Assembly (NCBI GenBank): GCA_965205975.1
Contig: OZ242195.1
Coordinates: forward strand, 1,216,001-1,280,000
Source of the DNA: Candidatus Latescibacterota bacterium
GTDB taxonomy: Bacteria > Latescibacterota > UBA2968
DNA: 64,000 bases
Direction of reading: 5' to 3'
Shown: positions 39,901-47,883 of the stretch, piece after piece
Position numbering within the stretch: position 1 is the first letter of the stretch
Layout: the number at the start of each line of letters is the position of its first letter
Notes under the pieces: generated by a model
What the model saw: the letters and a program-made list of their open reading frames with translations, nothing else
What the model was told of the DNA's origin: nothing
The model's database searches: none
Position numbers and translations under genes: made by a program

Positions 39901-40179
39901 TATCTGAATTATATTTCGTCTTATGAGGACCGCGGGTCAATGGGAGCCGATAATGCGACTATTAGTAATCTGTTCGGCACTATTGACTCGTTTGTCACAT
40001 GGGATGTGAGTTTTCTTTGGAACGTGTCCAGAGGGGTGAATATCGCATTCTCCGGGATGAATCTGCTCGGCACCAGGCCACCTCTGGTGAATATCGAACA
40101 AGCCTACGACGGCTTCACGCACGATCCCAAAGAGCGGCGGTTGAAGCTGGGCCTTACATATCAATTCGGGAGTTTATAA
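36991..40179 (+). CDS. TonB-dependent receptor, paralogue of 31791-35006
   Basis: Same plug motifs; highly similar N-terminal part. Confidence 0.95.
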   Translation: MFFLSRFIPILACVALFSNVVQAQSVGTVTGTVTDAASGEKLEVVQIHIPTLKLSAVSDAQGRFTIPNVPSGTHELRADLIGYASATAVINVTAGETVTVSLQMNSSALYLDEVVVTGTAFKEAPISMTYAVAVVGREKMAEQGSPQAVDFFKNLGASHGVIGERSSWYNAGQAATLTESIANVNLRGLGASRTLVLINSRRQTYVPARLIGGRFVDVNVIPSIALDRIEVLKEGASAIYGSDAVAGVANFLTRSDFEGFEVSGAYEHFAGAGDTNIGAIWGKKLADGTHAVISAEWMGRQALPSTERDYLLQPWHGGGQRLGWSSLGNPGTFAIGAPAPWTAAIHAPRCEEFGGFRESWTCRFRYQQYENLVEKMSHIRVFSEINGTLDNGTDYHVEYLWAEAEIPDWYTTPSYPPFPLTDTSIMEVASDHPGRQAFCEDYGANPGDLYYDACQGGENWYFNGRPFGNSGPGRILSRQSNTLRMAASANGDFKAFGGRDAHFDVGLSYSRTSGNYNLPGVYIERLFLGFRGFGGPDCGVDVVADPTSLAGMRLGRIYDQVAGQGNCHYYNPFGNAIEFTDQHGSSFENSPNPDYRSDLANSPELREWLANQEVDLQSTAEMLVADATLTGTWTENVWLNASYAAGYQFRKLNATGDPNDPGDVTINPCPVPGDKGCSEEDKFGPYAFTNVNRPYSEDQTVHRFFGEIPLSLGERVDVQLAANYEFHDVASSFDPKVGWRVQLSQSPTHSLFMRGSVQTTFRTPSLDDVNESPLSTLEWINQTGAYQTVDRIGSKDLKPEQAFTYNAGLALVTEAGAEATFDYWSYDFSDVIGAMPHGRITDLYAEEANKNALKQFIVCPDGVGTGTCAASELERVRVDIVNWPGVKTSGIDVHLGTRMPAGAGQFAASLDGTYTLSYETKALMHGNLVLQEAADAAGYLNFGNPIATSLPKLKGRVSAGYHWKTYSLVSYLNYISSYEDRGSMGADNATISNLFGTIDSFVTWDVSFLWNVSRGVNIAFSGMNLLGTRPPLVNIEQAYDGFTHDPKERRLKLGLTYQFGSL

Positions 40180-40203
40180 TATCCACGCATCCTTGAGTAT
40201 AAT

Positions 40204-40239
40204 AAAAAAGCCCGTCAAGTAGTGATGACGGGCTTTTTT
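40204..40239. terminator. Bidirectional intrinsic terminator
   Basis: AAAAAAGCCCGTCA-8 nt-TGACGGGCTTTTTT between convergent genes. Confidence 0.9.
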
Positions 40240-40271
40240 GATTGAATATGTACACAACACGTGAGGTGATT

Positions 40272-41528
40272 TCACGCCTCACGTGTTTTTTTTCGCACAG
40301 GAGATTTTTGCGATTCGCTGTACAATTTCTCAAATGCTTCTGTGCCGTCGTCTTCAATGACATCGAGTGATGAGGCGGGTTCTGATATGGGCTGGGAATC
40401 GCTGGGATAGACGTGGTGCATGTCCTGCTTTGTGCAGGCATAATAGGTAACTTCACCGCTTTTGCGGCGGTACGCGTAAAGGTGGCGGGGGGGATCGACC
40501 CAGGTGTAGTCTGCGGCGTATTGTTCCAATGCAGCGGGGTCAATTTCCACCCCGAGGCCAGGGGTTTCGGTGACGCGGTAAAAGCCGCCCCGAACTTCAA
40601 TCGCGGGTTTTATGAGTTGATGCTCCCAGATGTTCATACACGTAATAGCCGGCCATTTGGCCTGGGGGAGGACCGCGCCCAAATGCGCTGCCCAGGCTGT
40701 TGTGATGCCAGAGCCGACGAGTTGCAGCCAGAAGGGCTTGTTCCATTGCTCGCACACAGATGCTTGTTTGAGGAGACGCGAGGCGCCTGCACAGATGACA
40801 AATCCATCGGTGACATCTTCTTTCATGGTCGTTTCAATGGGTGGATTGTTGTAGTGCATGGCAATGGGCCGCGCGATCAGATTTCTGATTTGCTTGTTGC
40901 CCGCCACGTCGTTTTGCGGAATCGGCGTTTCGATCATCGCCACTTCGGGATAGGCTTCCAATTCTCTAAGGTGCGGGATTGCATTGGCAGAATTGGCGAG
41001 GGTGCCGTTGTAGTCGAGGTCGAGGTGAAAGCCGGGGGGAACTACTTTTTGAACGGCCTGAATGGCTGCGTACAGGTCAAACCAGGGGCGAGCTTTGAGT
41101 TTCGAGCTGGTATATCCCGCCTGGGCGGCCTGTCGGCACTCTTCAGCCCATCCTTCGGGCGGCATGTCCATATTCCACCACGATATCGGACACCAGGCGC
41201 GCACTTTTGTGCCCAGCAGGCGATATATAGGAACATCTTGCGCTTTTGCTATGGCATCAAATAGAGCCATTTGGACGCCAGCACCGAGGCTGTCATTCCA
41301 CATCAATTCAGCGGCAGGTCTGCCGACAATTCTGTCTTCAATATCGCCCGGTACTTTAGCCCAGGTGTAGTTGGGTATGGTTTCTCCCCATCCTTCAATG
41401 CCATTTTCGAGCGTGATATGACAAATCTGGTGTATCCGCCAGTGGGGAAGCCAGTAGCCGAGGTGTTTCTGGCTGTGTGGCGTGAAGGGGACGTCGAGAT
41501 TGATGAGTTCTATGGTTTTGATTTTCAT
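40272..41528 (-). CDS. Mandelate racemase/muconate lactonizing enzyme family protein
   Basis: GWGE, ALFDAIAK..PIYRLLG, KLK, LDYN, ETP, PGLGVEID. Confidence 0.85.
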   Translation of the reverse strand: MKIKTIELINLDVPFTPHSQKHLGYWLPHWRIHQICHITLENGIEGWGETIPNYTWAKVPGDIEDRIVGRPAAELMWNDSLGAGVQMALFDAIAKAQDVPIYRLLGTKVRAWCPISWWNMDMPPEGWAEECRQAAQAGYTSSKLKARPWFDLYAAIQAVQKVVPPGFHLDLDYNGTLANSANAIPHLRELEAYPEVAMIETPIPQNDVAGNKQIRNLIARPIAMHYNNPPIETTMKEDVTDGFVICAGASRLLKQASVCEQWNKPFWLQLVGSGITTAWAAHLGAVLPQAKWPAITCMNIWEHQLIKPAIEVRGGFYRVTETPGLGVEIDPAALEQYAADYTWVDPPRHLYAYRRKSGEVTYYACTKQDMHHVYPSDSQPISEPASSLDVIEDDGTEAFEKLYSESQKSPVRKKTREA

Positions 41529-41745
41529 GGCTTACCTCTGGGAAAAAGTTGATATAACGCACGATATGACACCTAAAGCGCGATGTCAAGCACAACGGAA
41601 GAAAGAAAACGTGCATGGGCTAAAAAGTTGGTTATATTGAGGGCCTGGTAAGCGAATCTACGAAGTTCGCACTGATTTTGGGTAGTAGGGTGGGGTTCGT
41701 CTATTCGTCTATTCGTCAGGCATCAACAATTCAAGGAGGCGATGT

Positions 41746-42735
41746 ATGGCAGTGCAGTGTATTCATCTGGGTGTTGGTGGCAGAGGAAAGTGGCCGGTTG
41801 CTATGTTTGCCGAGCGGGATGATGTGGAGAGCGTGGCTTTTGTCGATGTTGACGAAGGCAATATGAATGCCGCTATGGAAGTGTCGGGTTTGCCCGAGTC
41901 GAGATGTTTTAGAACGCTTGAACAAGCCATGAACAATGTGGAATCGGATTGTGTAATTGTTATTACACCTCCAGATTCCCATGTGGATATGATTTTGGAA
42001 GCGGTTAGAGCGGGTAAGCACGTTCTGGTCGAAAAGCCTTTTACAAAGACCCTGGCGTCGGCAAAGCATGTTGTGGAGGAGGCCGATCGCATGGGGGTCA
42101 AAGTGGGGGTGAGCCAAAATGCCAAATACAATCCGGCGACGATGACACTATCGCGCCACTTGAGAGAAGAGACGTATGGCAAGGCGAGTTTCGGGCTTTT
42201 CACCAAGATTGGTTGGCGCAGCAAGGGGGTACACCATTCGGGTCACGACGATCATTCTTATTTGTGGGAGCGCGGGATTCACGATCTGGATACCATGCGA
42301 TATATTATGGGCGTGTTGCCCGTGCGGATGTGGGCACATAGCTTTAATCCACCCTGGAGTCCGTATAAGGGCGGAGCAGGAGTTTCCGGATGGGTGGAGT
42401 TTGATGGGGGAGCGACTGCGACCTATTTTGCGACTTTTGAACCGCATAAATCGGGCGGGGAAACCCGGGTAGATGTGGATGAAGGTACGCTTTCCCTTGA
42501 GGGGGGCAATCTCGTTTTGACGCGCCGCAAAGCCGATCCCGAAATATTGCCTCTGGACGCGGGTCCTACTTCCACAGATCTGATTGTCAATCAATTTGTC
42601 GCGTGGATCAATGGCGGTGAAGAACCCGAGTTTTCAGGGCGCAATAATCTGGTGACTGTGGCGATGGTCGAGGGGATGGGCATTTCCTCAGAGTCCGGGC
42701 GGATTGTGTCGCTCAAGGAGTTTGTGAATGTGTGA
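41746..42735 (+). CDS. Gfo/Idh/MocA oxidoreductase
   Basis: GVGGRG, GKHVLVEKP, IHDLD. Confidence 0.9.
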   Translation: MAVQCIHLGVGGRGKWPVAMFAERDDVESVAFVDVDEGNMNAAMEVSGLPESRCFRTLEQAMNNVESDCVIVITPPDSHVDMILEAVRAGKHVLVEKPFTKTLASAKHVVEEADRMGVKVGVSQNAKYNPATMTLSRHLREETYGKASFGLFTKIGWRSKGVHHSGHDDHSYLWERGIHDLDTMRYIMGVLPVRMWAHSFNPPWSPYKGGAGVSGWVEFDGGATATYFATFEPHKSGGETRVDVDEGTLSLEGGNLVLTRRKADPEILPLDAGPTSTDLIVNQFVAWINGGEEPEFSGRNNLVTVAMVEGMGISSESGRIVSLKEFVNV

Positions 42736-42768
42736 GCAGGGCGTTGCCATCATCCGGATGAGAGATAC

Positions 42769-43818
42769 ATGAACTATATCGGAAGCAAGTACTCTCTGCG
42801 TGACTTTCTCGAAGCGGGTATCCTGAAAAATGTAAATTCGGACTGTAAGGTATTCTGCGATGTGTTTGCGGGGACTGGCGTTGTGGGGGCGCATTTTAAG
42901 CAGAAGGGCTTCAAGATTATCTCTAACGACATTCAGTACTACGCCTATTGTCTCAACCGCGCACTTGTAGGTATTAGTCAAGTACCCGCATTTGCTGGCG
43001 TTCTGGATGATCTGATACCAGATGCAACTGACGTTGTATTCGAATATCTCAATAACCTCAATGGAAAATCCGGCTTTATCTATCGCAATTATTGCCCGGG
43101 GGGAACAGAGGGGACAGAGTTTAAGAGACAGTATTTTTCTGATGAGAATGGCATGCGGTGTGATGCGATTCGGATGCAGATTGAAGACTGGTGGCAGGTG
43201 GGAAAATTGACGGAAGATGAGTATTTTTACCTTCTGGCGAGTTTGATCGATGCGGCAGACCGGGTTGCAAATACGGCGTCAGTCTATGGTGCGTTTTTGA
43301 AGCATATCAAGAAAAGTGCTCTGAAACCTCTGCAACTGAAGCGGCTTGTCATTGTTGAGAGCGATGAAAAACACGAAGTACACAATGTGAATGGGCAAGC
43401 GTTGGTCGAGAGACTGTCTTGCGATGTGCTGTATATGGACCCGCCCTATAATCATCGCCAGTACTGTGCGAATTACCATGTGCTGGAGACGATTGCGCGG
43501 TATGATGAGCCGGCCTTGAAAGGTGTGACGGGGCTGCGGCCACAGGACGATCAAAAGTCGGATTTTTGTATGAAGAGACGGGCTTTACTCGCGTTTGATG
43601 ATATGGTTAAAAAGACTTCGGCGCGATATGTATTCCTCAGCTATAATAGCGAGGGGATTATGGGTAAGGATGAGATTTTGCAGACAATGGGGCAATACGG
43701 AGAGGTGGATTTAATGACGCGGGATTACCAGCGTTTTCGGGCGGATGTAGATCGGGAAAACCGGGTTTATAAAGCAGACCAGGTGGAGGAGTATCTGTTC
43801 TGTCTAAATAAGCAGTGA
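42769..43818 (+). CDS. DNA adenine methyltransferase, M.NlaIII/M.HpyI-like, no adjacent endonuclease
   Basis: MNYIGSK, DVFAGTG, ADRVANTASVYGAFLK, DPPYN..NYHVLETIA. Confidence 0.9.
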   Translation: MNYIGSKYSLRDFLEAGILKNVNSDCKVFCDVFAGTGVVGAHFKQKGFKIISNDIQYYAYCLNRALVGISQVPAFAGVLDDLIPDATDVVFEYLNNLNGKSGFIYRNYCPGGTEGTEFKRQYFSDENGMRCDAIRMQIEDWWQVGKLTEDEYFYLLASLIDAADRVANTASVYGAFLKHIKKSALKPLQLKRLVIVESDEKHEVHNVNGQALVERLSCDVLYMDPPYNHRQYCANYHVLETIARYDEPALKGVTGLRPQDDQKSDFCMKRRALLAFDDMVKKTSARYVFLSYNSEGIMGKDEILQTMGQYGEVDLMTRDYQRFRADVDRENRVYKADQVEEYLFCLNKQ

Positions 43819-43830
43819 GGTACAGGACAG

Positions 43831-44967
43831 TTGATAGATCGGATCACATATATTGCGTCGTTTTTGGTGCTATCCTTCGCTACTTACTTTCCATCTCAAA
43901 TACAGGGTAGGACAATGATTGTTGCAACGCAGAGTTCATCGGAAAAGTCAAAAGCTGCAGCCGATTTTGTGGGCGATGGAGTGGGCGACCAGGAGGAGAT
44001 TTACGCGGCGATTCACGCGCTGCCAGCATCCGGTGGGACGGTGACGTTGATGGAGGGAACGTATGATATCCGCAAGGTGGAGGGCACGTTAGGGGGAGTG
44101 ATTATTGATCGCAGCAATGTGACACTAATAGGGCAGGGTGCAGCCACGCGGTTGATTCTGGCGCCGGATCAGAATACCAATGTGATCCGAATTATCGGGA
44201 ATGGCGTGGGAAATATTGTGATTCGGGATCTTTGGGTGGATCAAAATCGGGATCAGAACCCATATAATGGAGCGGAGTTTGTAAATATTTCTCACGGACG
44301 GTTTGAGTATAATGGCATTAAAGCATTTTGTGCAGAGCCGGGTGGGTCCTGTCCGGAGCCGACACACAATATTACGATTGAGAATTGTACGGTGCTGAAC
44401 GCGCAGAGGCTGGGCATTATGCTGGAAGGTCCCAATATGCGGGTGGTGAATAACCGTCTGGGCAATGCCCATTCCGATGCGGTAGAGTTGCTGACGGGTC
44501 CGGGCTTTGTGATGGGAAATTTTGTAGAGATTACCGGGCGCACGCATGTGGCGGTGGGTTCTGATCGCGGAAATTCGATCATTATGGCAAATAATGTCGT
44601 GCATGTGCGAGAGGGGGGCGACCTGGATATTGCTTTTCGGTCCTGGGCAGATTCCGAGCGGCATGTGATTTCCAATAATATTGTTATGGTGGATCAGGGT
44701 GGAAAGCTGGGTCTGGCGATGGATGTGCGTGGGTTTGATACGTCTATTACGGGGAATGTGATTCGGGGGCGCGACGAGGCGGAGCGTCTGCCGATGTGGC
44801 TTACTGGCGCGGGTATGGCGGTAACAGGCAATCATTTTCAGAATGTGGAACTGATTGTAAACGACCAGACCGGTACGAATCGCCCGATTTTGATTCGGGG
44901 CAATGTGATGGAAAATTCTGGTATCTCACATGAAGTAGGGAACCTGATTCGCCCGGAGGGAGATTGA
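43831..44967 (+). CDS. Right-handed parallel beta-helix protein
   Basis: ADFVGDGVGDQEEIYAAI..GGTVTL.EGTY; repeated I.NN/GN beta-helix turns; start uncertain. Confidence 0.75.
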   Translation: MIDRITYIASFLVLSFATYFPSQIQGRTMIVATQSSSEKSKAAADFVGDGVGDQEEIYAAIHALPASGGTVTLMEGTYDIRKVEGTLGGVIIDRSNVTLIGQGAATRLILAPDQNTNVIRIIGNGVGNIVIRDLWVDQNRDQNPYNGAEFVNISHGRFEYNGIKAFCAEPGGSCPEPTHNITIENCTVLNAQRLGIMLEGPNMRVVNNRLGNAHSDAVELLTGPGFVMGNFVEITGRTHVAVGSDRGNSIIMANNVVHVREGGDLDIAFRSWADSERHVISNNIVMVDQGGKLGLAMDVRGFDTSITGNVIRGRDEAERLPMWLTGAGMAVTGNHFQNVELIVNDQTGTNRPILIRGNVMENSGISHEVGNLIRPEGD

Positions 44968-44969
44968 GC

Positions 44970-45077
44970 ATGGGAGAAAATGAACTGTCATGGGAATTTA
45001 TTCCCGGTAGCGGTGGTGTGATATGCTATATCGCCGCACCCGATGGCGTCAGTATTGAGCTTGTTCAGGCGAGGTAG
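44970..45077 (+). pseudogene. Remnant of a VOC/glyoxalase-family gene (35 codons)
   Basis: MGENELSWEFIPGSGGVICYIAAPDGVSIELVQAR: VOC C-terminal PDG..IEL.Q motif only. Confidence 0.55.
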
Positions 45078-45178
45078 CGTTGATTGGTAGAGCACGCTGT
45101 GGATAAAATAGCATCTTGCCTCCTAAAGCCATCTGTATTATGTTTAGAATAGGTTATGAGAACTCCAAAGGAGTCTTT

Positions 45179-45490
45179 ATGTCTCAGAAAATTACTGATG
45201 TAATAGGTGCAGACGATCAGTCTGATGTGCTGAAAACCATGGCACAACAAGAACTTGCCAGAGCAAAAAAAAAGATTCAAGCCATCAATGAAGATGTACT
45301 GAACTCCGAGGGACTTACTGACGATGAGGCAGATGCTGCTATTGAAGCAGGACTGATAGCAGCAGATCAAAAATACTGGTGGCTTGAAGAGTGGCAGAAG
45401 CATCATCGAAAAGCGGAAGAGGATATTAAAAAAGGATGTGTCAAGGAGTTTGATAGCCCCGAAGCATTTCTCAATTCCCTGCCTTCATGA
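45179..45490 (+). CDS. Putative type II antitoxin
   Basis: DQKYWWLEEWQ..AEEDIKKG.VKEFDS tail; stop overlaps toxin ATG (ATGA). Confidence 0.7.
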   Translation: MSQKITDVIGADDQSDVLKTMAQQELARAKKKIQAINEDVLNSEGLTDDEADAAIEAGLIAADQKYWWLEEWQKHHRKAEEDIKKGCVKEFDSPEAFLNSLPS

Positions 45491-45744
45491 GATATATCCA
45501 AACCAACCAATTCAGGGAGGCATTTGCAAAGCTCCCGCAACACATCCAACAACGAGCCAAAAAACAACTCGCCCTCTTTTTTCAAGATTATCGTTACCCC
45601 TCCTTGCAAACTAAAAAGATGGAAGGTCACAATGACCTTTTTGAAGGTAGAGTTACCAGAGGCTACCGCTTTATCTATCGCATTACTGGTGATATTTGTT
45701 ATATCATTGATATTGGTACACATGATATTCTAAACCGATATTAA
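45487..45744 (+). CDS. RelE/ParE-superfamily toxin
   Basis: FREAFAKLP, YPSLQTKKMEG, FEGRVTRGYRFIY, DIGTHD. Confidence 0.85.
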   Translation: MRYIQTNQFREAFAKLPQHIQQRAKKQLALFFQDYRYPSLQTKKMEGHNDLFEGRVTRGYRFIYRITGDICYIIDIGTHDILNRY

Positions 45745-45774
45745 TTATTTGTGTCGGAAAAAAGGAGATTTGAT

Positions 45775-46671
45775 ATGTCAGAACAGAACTATCGCGTTGC
45801 GCCGCTGGGGTTTACGCGGGATCAGTGGGAGGAATTTCAAGAGGATGGCATGCTCGTTGTGGAAGACGCGTTGACAGACGAAGAATGCGATCGCTATATC
45901 GAGATGATGGATGCTGCGGCTGCCCGTAGTGAAAAATACGATCCCGGTAAATTTTTTGGTCCAAACAATATCGTGGAGCGGTATCCGGAATTTGCCGAGT
46001 TGATCGATCATCCCCGGCATATCGGCTTTATGCACGATGTGTATGGCGAATTGTTAAAACTCCATATTTCTCAATTTTTCTTGCGTCCTCGCGATACGAG
46101 CCGCAACAAATGGCATCCCGATGGCGCGCGCGCTTTGCCCTATGGCGTTTTTTCACCGGTTTTGCCCATACAAATCAAAGTGGCGTATTGGCTGACTGAT
46201 CTTCCCGAGCCGGATATGGGAAATTTTGTCTATATGCCCGGCAGTCATAAAGGGCAGTATTTTGATTTTTACGATACCCATGATGAAGTTCCCGGCGAAA
46301 AAGTAATTTGTCCAAAGCGCGGCACGATGACGTTTATGCACTGCAATACCTGGCATCGCGTGGCACCCAATAATACGGATGTTGTGAGAAAAAATATCTT
46401 TTTGGCTTATTGTCCATCGTGGGTTTGCGAAGCGGACCGGCACCAATGTGATCCCGGTTGGCTCGCTACACTGAACCGCGAACAGCGCATTATTATGCGT
46501 AGCTACAATAGTGGCTATGCGAGGACCAAGCCCGCAGCCAGTGAATTTCCGCTCTTTCTGGATCGGGAAACGGGTTCTGATCGAGACTATGGCGTTTGGC
46601 CCGATCACGTTGAGTTGCATCGGCGCAAACGCATGACCACAGTTGAAAAATTTGAGTTGGCATCTACTTGA
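45775..46671 (+). CDS. Phytanoyl-CoA dioxygenase (PhyH) family Fe(II)/2OG oxygenase
   Basis: WHPD, PGSH, TWHRV, RKNIF. Confidence 0.88.
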   Translation: MSEQNYRVAPLGFTRDQWEEFQEDGMLVVEDALTDEECDRYIEMMDAAAARSEKYDPGKFFGPNNIVERYPEFAELIDHPRHIGFMHDVYGELLKLHISQFFLRPRDTSRNKWHPDGARALPYGVFSPVLPIQIKVAYWLTDLPEPDMGNFVYMPGSHKGQYFDFYDTHDEVPGEKVICPKRGTMTFMHCNTWHRVAPNNTDVVRKNIFLAYCPSWVCEADRHQCDPGWLATLNREQRIIMRSYNSGYARTKPAASEFPLFLDRETGSDRDYGVWPDHVELHRRKRMTTVEKFELAST

Positions 46672-47630
46672 TGCAGGAGGCTGTTGTGAAGGTTTTGATT
46701 AATGATCGCCTGGACGATCATCACCTAAGGCAGATTCAATCGTCGGTTGAGGATATCGATCTGGTCATCCCCGATTCAAGTGACGATGCGCTGGAAATTA
46801 TGCCCGAAATTGATATCGTTTTTGGGGGTATGAGCCGCGATATGTTCAAACGCGCCGAACGCTTGAAGTGGGTGCAGACCTGGGGCGCGGGCGTCGATGG
46901 GATGATGTATGCCGAGTTTGTCCATAGTGAGGTGATTCTGACGAGTGCAAAGGGCACTGTAGGCGTTCATTTGTCGGAACACGCGATGGCTCTTTTGCTT
47001 GGATTGACCCGAGGAATTGCACGCGCGATCAGAACGGCTGATTGGGATGAGCGCATGCCGATCCGCCACGCATCGTGGGAATTGATCGATAAAACAATGG
47101 GAATTGTGGGATTGGGGGGCACGGGATGCGATGTCGCTATTCGAGCGCATGCGTTTGGCATGAGAATTATAGCTGTTGATCCAGAGGACGTCGAGGTGCC
47201 AGACTGTGTAGAGGCCTGCTGGAAGATGGATCGCTTTTACGATCTTTTATCCGCGTCTGATGTCGTGGTGGTCTGCTGCCCACTGACCGAGGAAACGCGC
47301 GGGCTTTTCGACCACCTGGCATTTGAGAAGATGCAGAATCACGCGCTTTTGGTCAATGTCACGCGGGGTAAAATTATGGATGAGGCATCTCTGGTCAAAG
47401 CATTGACAAGCAGGCAGATTGCCGGGGCGGGGTTGGATGTGACGCCGCAAGAGCCATTGCCTGATAGTCATCCGCTGTGGCATATGCCCAATGTTATTAT
47501 CACACCTCATACTGCGGGAGGCTCTCCCAATAGGCAGAACCGTATTGTGAATCTGTTTTGCGAAAACTTGCGGCGTTTTCTAAATGGGGAAGATATGCTG
47601 AGTGTAATCGATAAAAATAAGGGGTATTGA
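46671..47630 (+). CDS. D-2-hydroxyacid dehydrogenase
   Basis: GAGVD, GLGGTG, NVTRG, LDVTPQEPLP, TPHTAG. Confidence 0.92.
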   Translation: MQEAVVKVLINDRLDDHHLRQIQSSVEDIDLVIPDSSDDALEIMPEIDIVFGGMSRDMFKRAERLKWVQTWGAGVDGMMYAEFVHSEVILTSAKGTVGVHLSEHAMALLLGLTRGIARAIRTADWDERMPIRHASWELIDKTMGIVGLGGTGCDVAIRAHAFGMRIIAVDPEDVEVPDCVEACWKMDRFYDLLSASDVVVVCCPLTEETRGLFDHLAFEKMQNHALLVNVTRGKIMDEASLVKALTSRQIAGAGLDVTPQEPLPDSHPLWHMPNVIITPHTAGGSPNRQNRIVNLFCENLRRFLNGEDMLSVIDKNKGY

Positions 47631-47724
47631 ATACGTTTTCTCTTGACACAATGTTACAAATATATTGATATTTACAACGAAGCAGGTGCTGGCGTGTATT
47701 ATTTAGTATAATTCTATGTATTTA

Positions 47725-47819
47725 ATGGTCTCGGGCAAGGGTGACCCGAGGTCATGTGCCCTTCTCCTAAGTAGGAATCCCTGTGTTGGGGTCACCGAAT
47801 CGGGAGAAGGGCGTTTTTT
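47725..47819 (+). promoter_or_regulatory. Structured leader RNA / attenuator candidate
   Basis: TATAAT at 47707; hairpin 47725-47755; stem 47758-47767/47803-47812 followed by T6; alternative 8-bp pairing 47740-47747/47789-47796. Confidence 0.5.
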
Positions 47820-47883
47820 GTGTGGCAGCACCACAGTAAGGCGTTATATTAGGCGGTCAAAAAGGTAAGAAGGAGGTTTTTGA

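Noticed and set aside
41640..41720. Possible tRNA or ncRNA in divergent intergenic region
   Set aside because: No cloverleaf or T-loop consensus; only a short (TTCGTCTA)n repeat
47716..47868. 50-codon ORF across the structured leader as a leader peptide
   Set aside because: No RBS, first ATG lies only 3 nt after the predicted -10, and no biased codon run; not fully excluded
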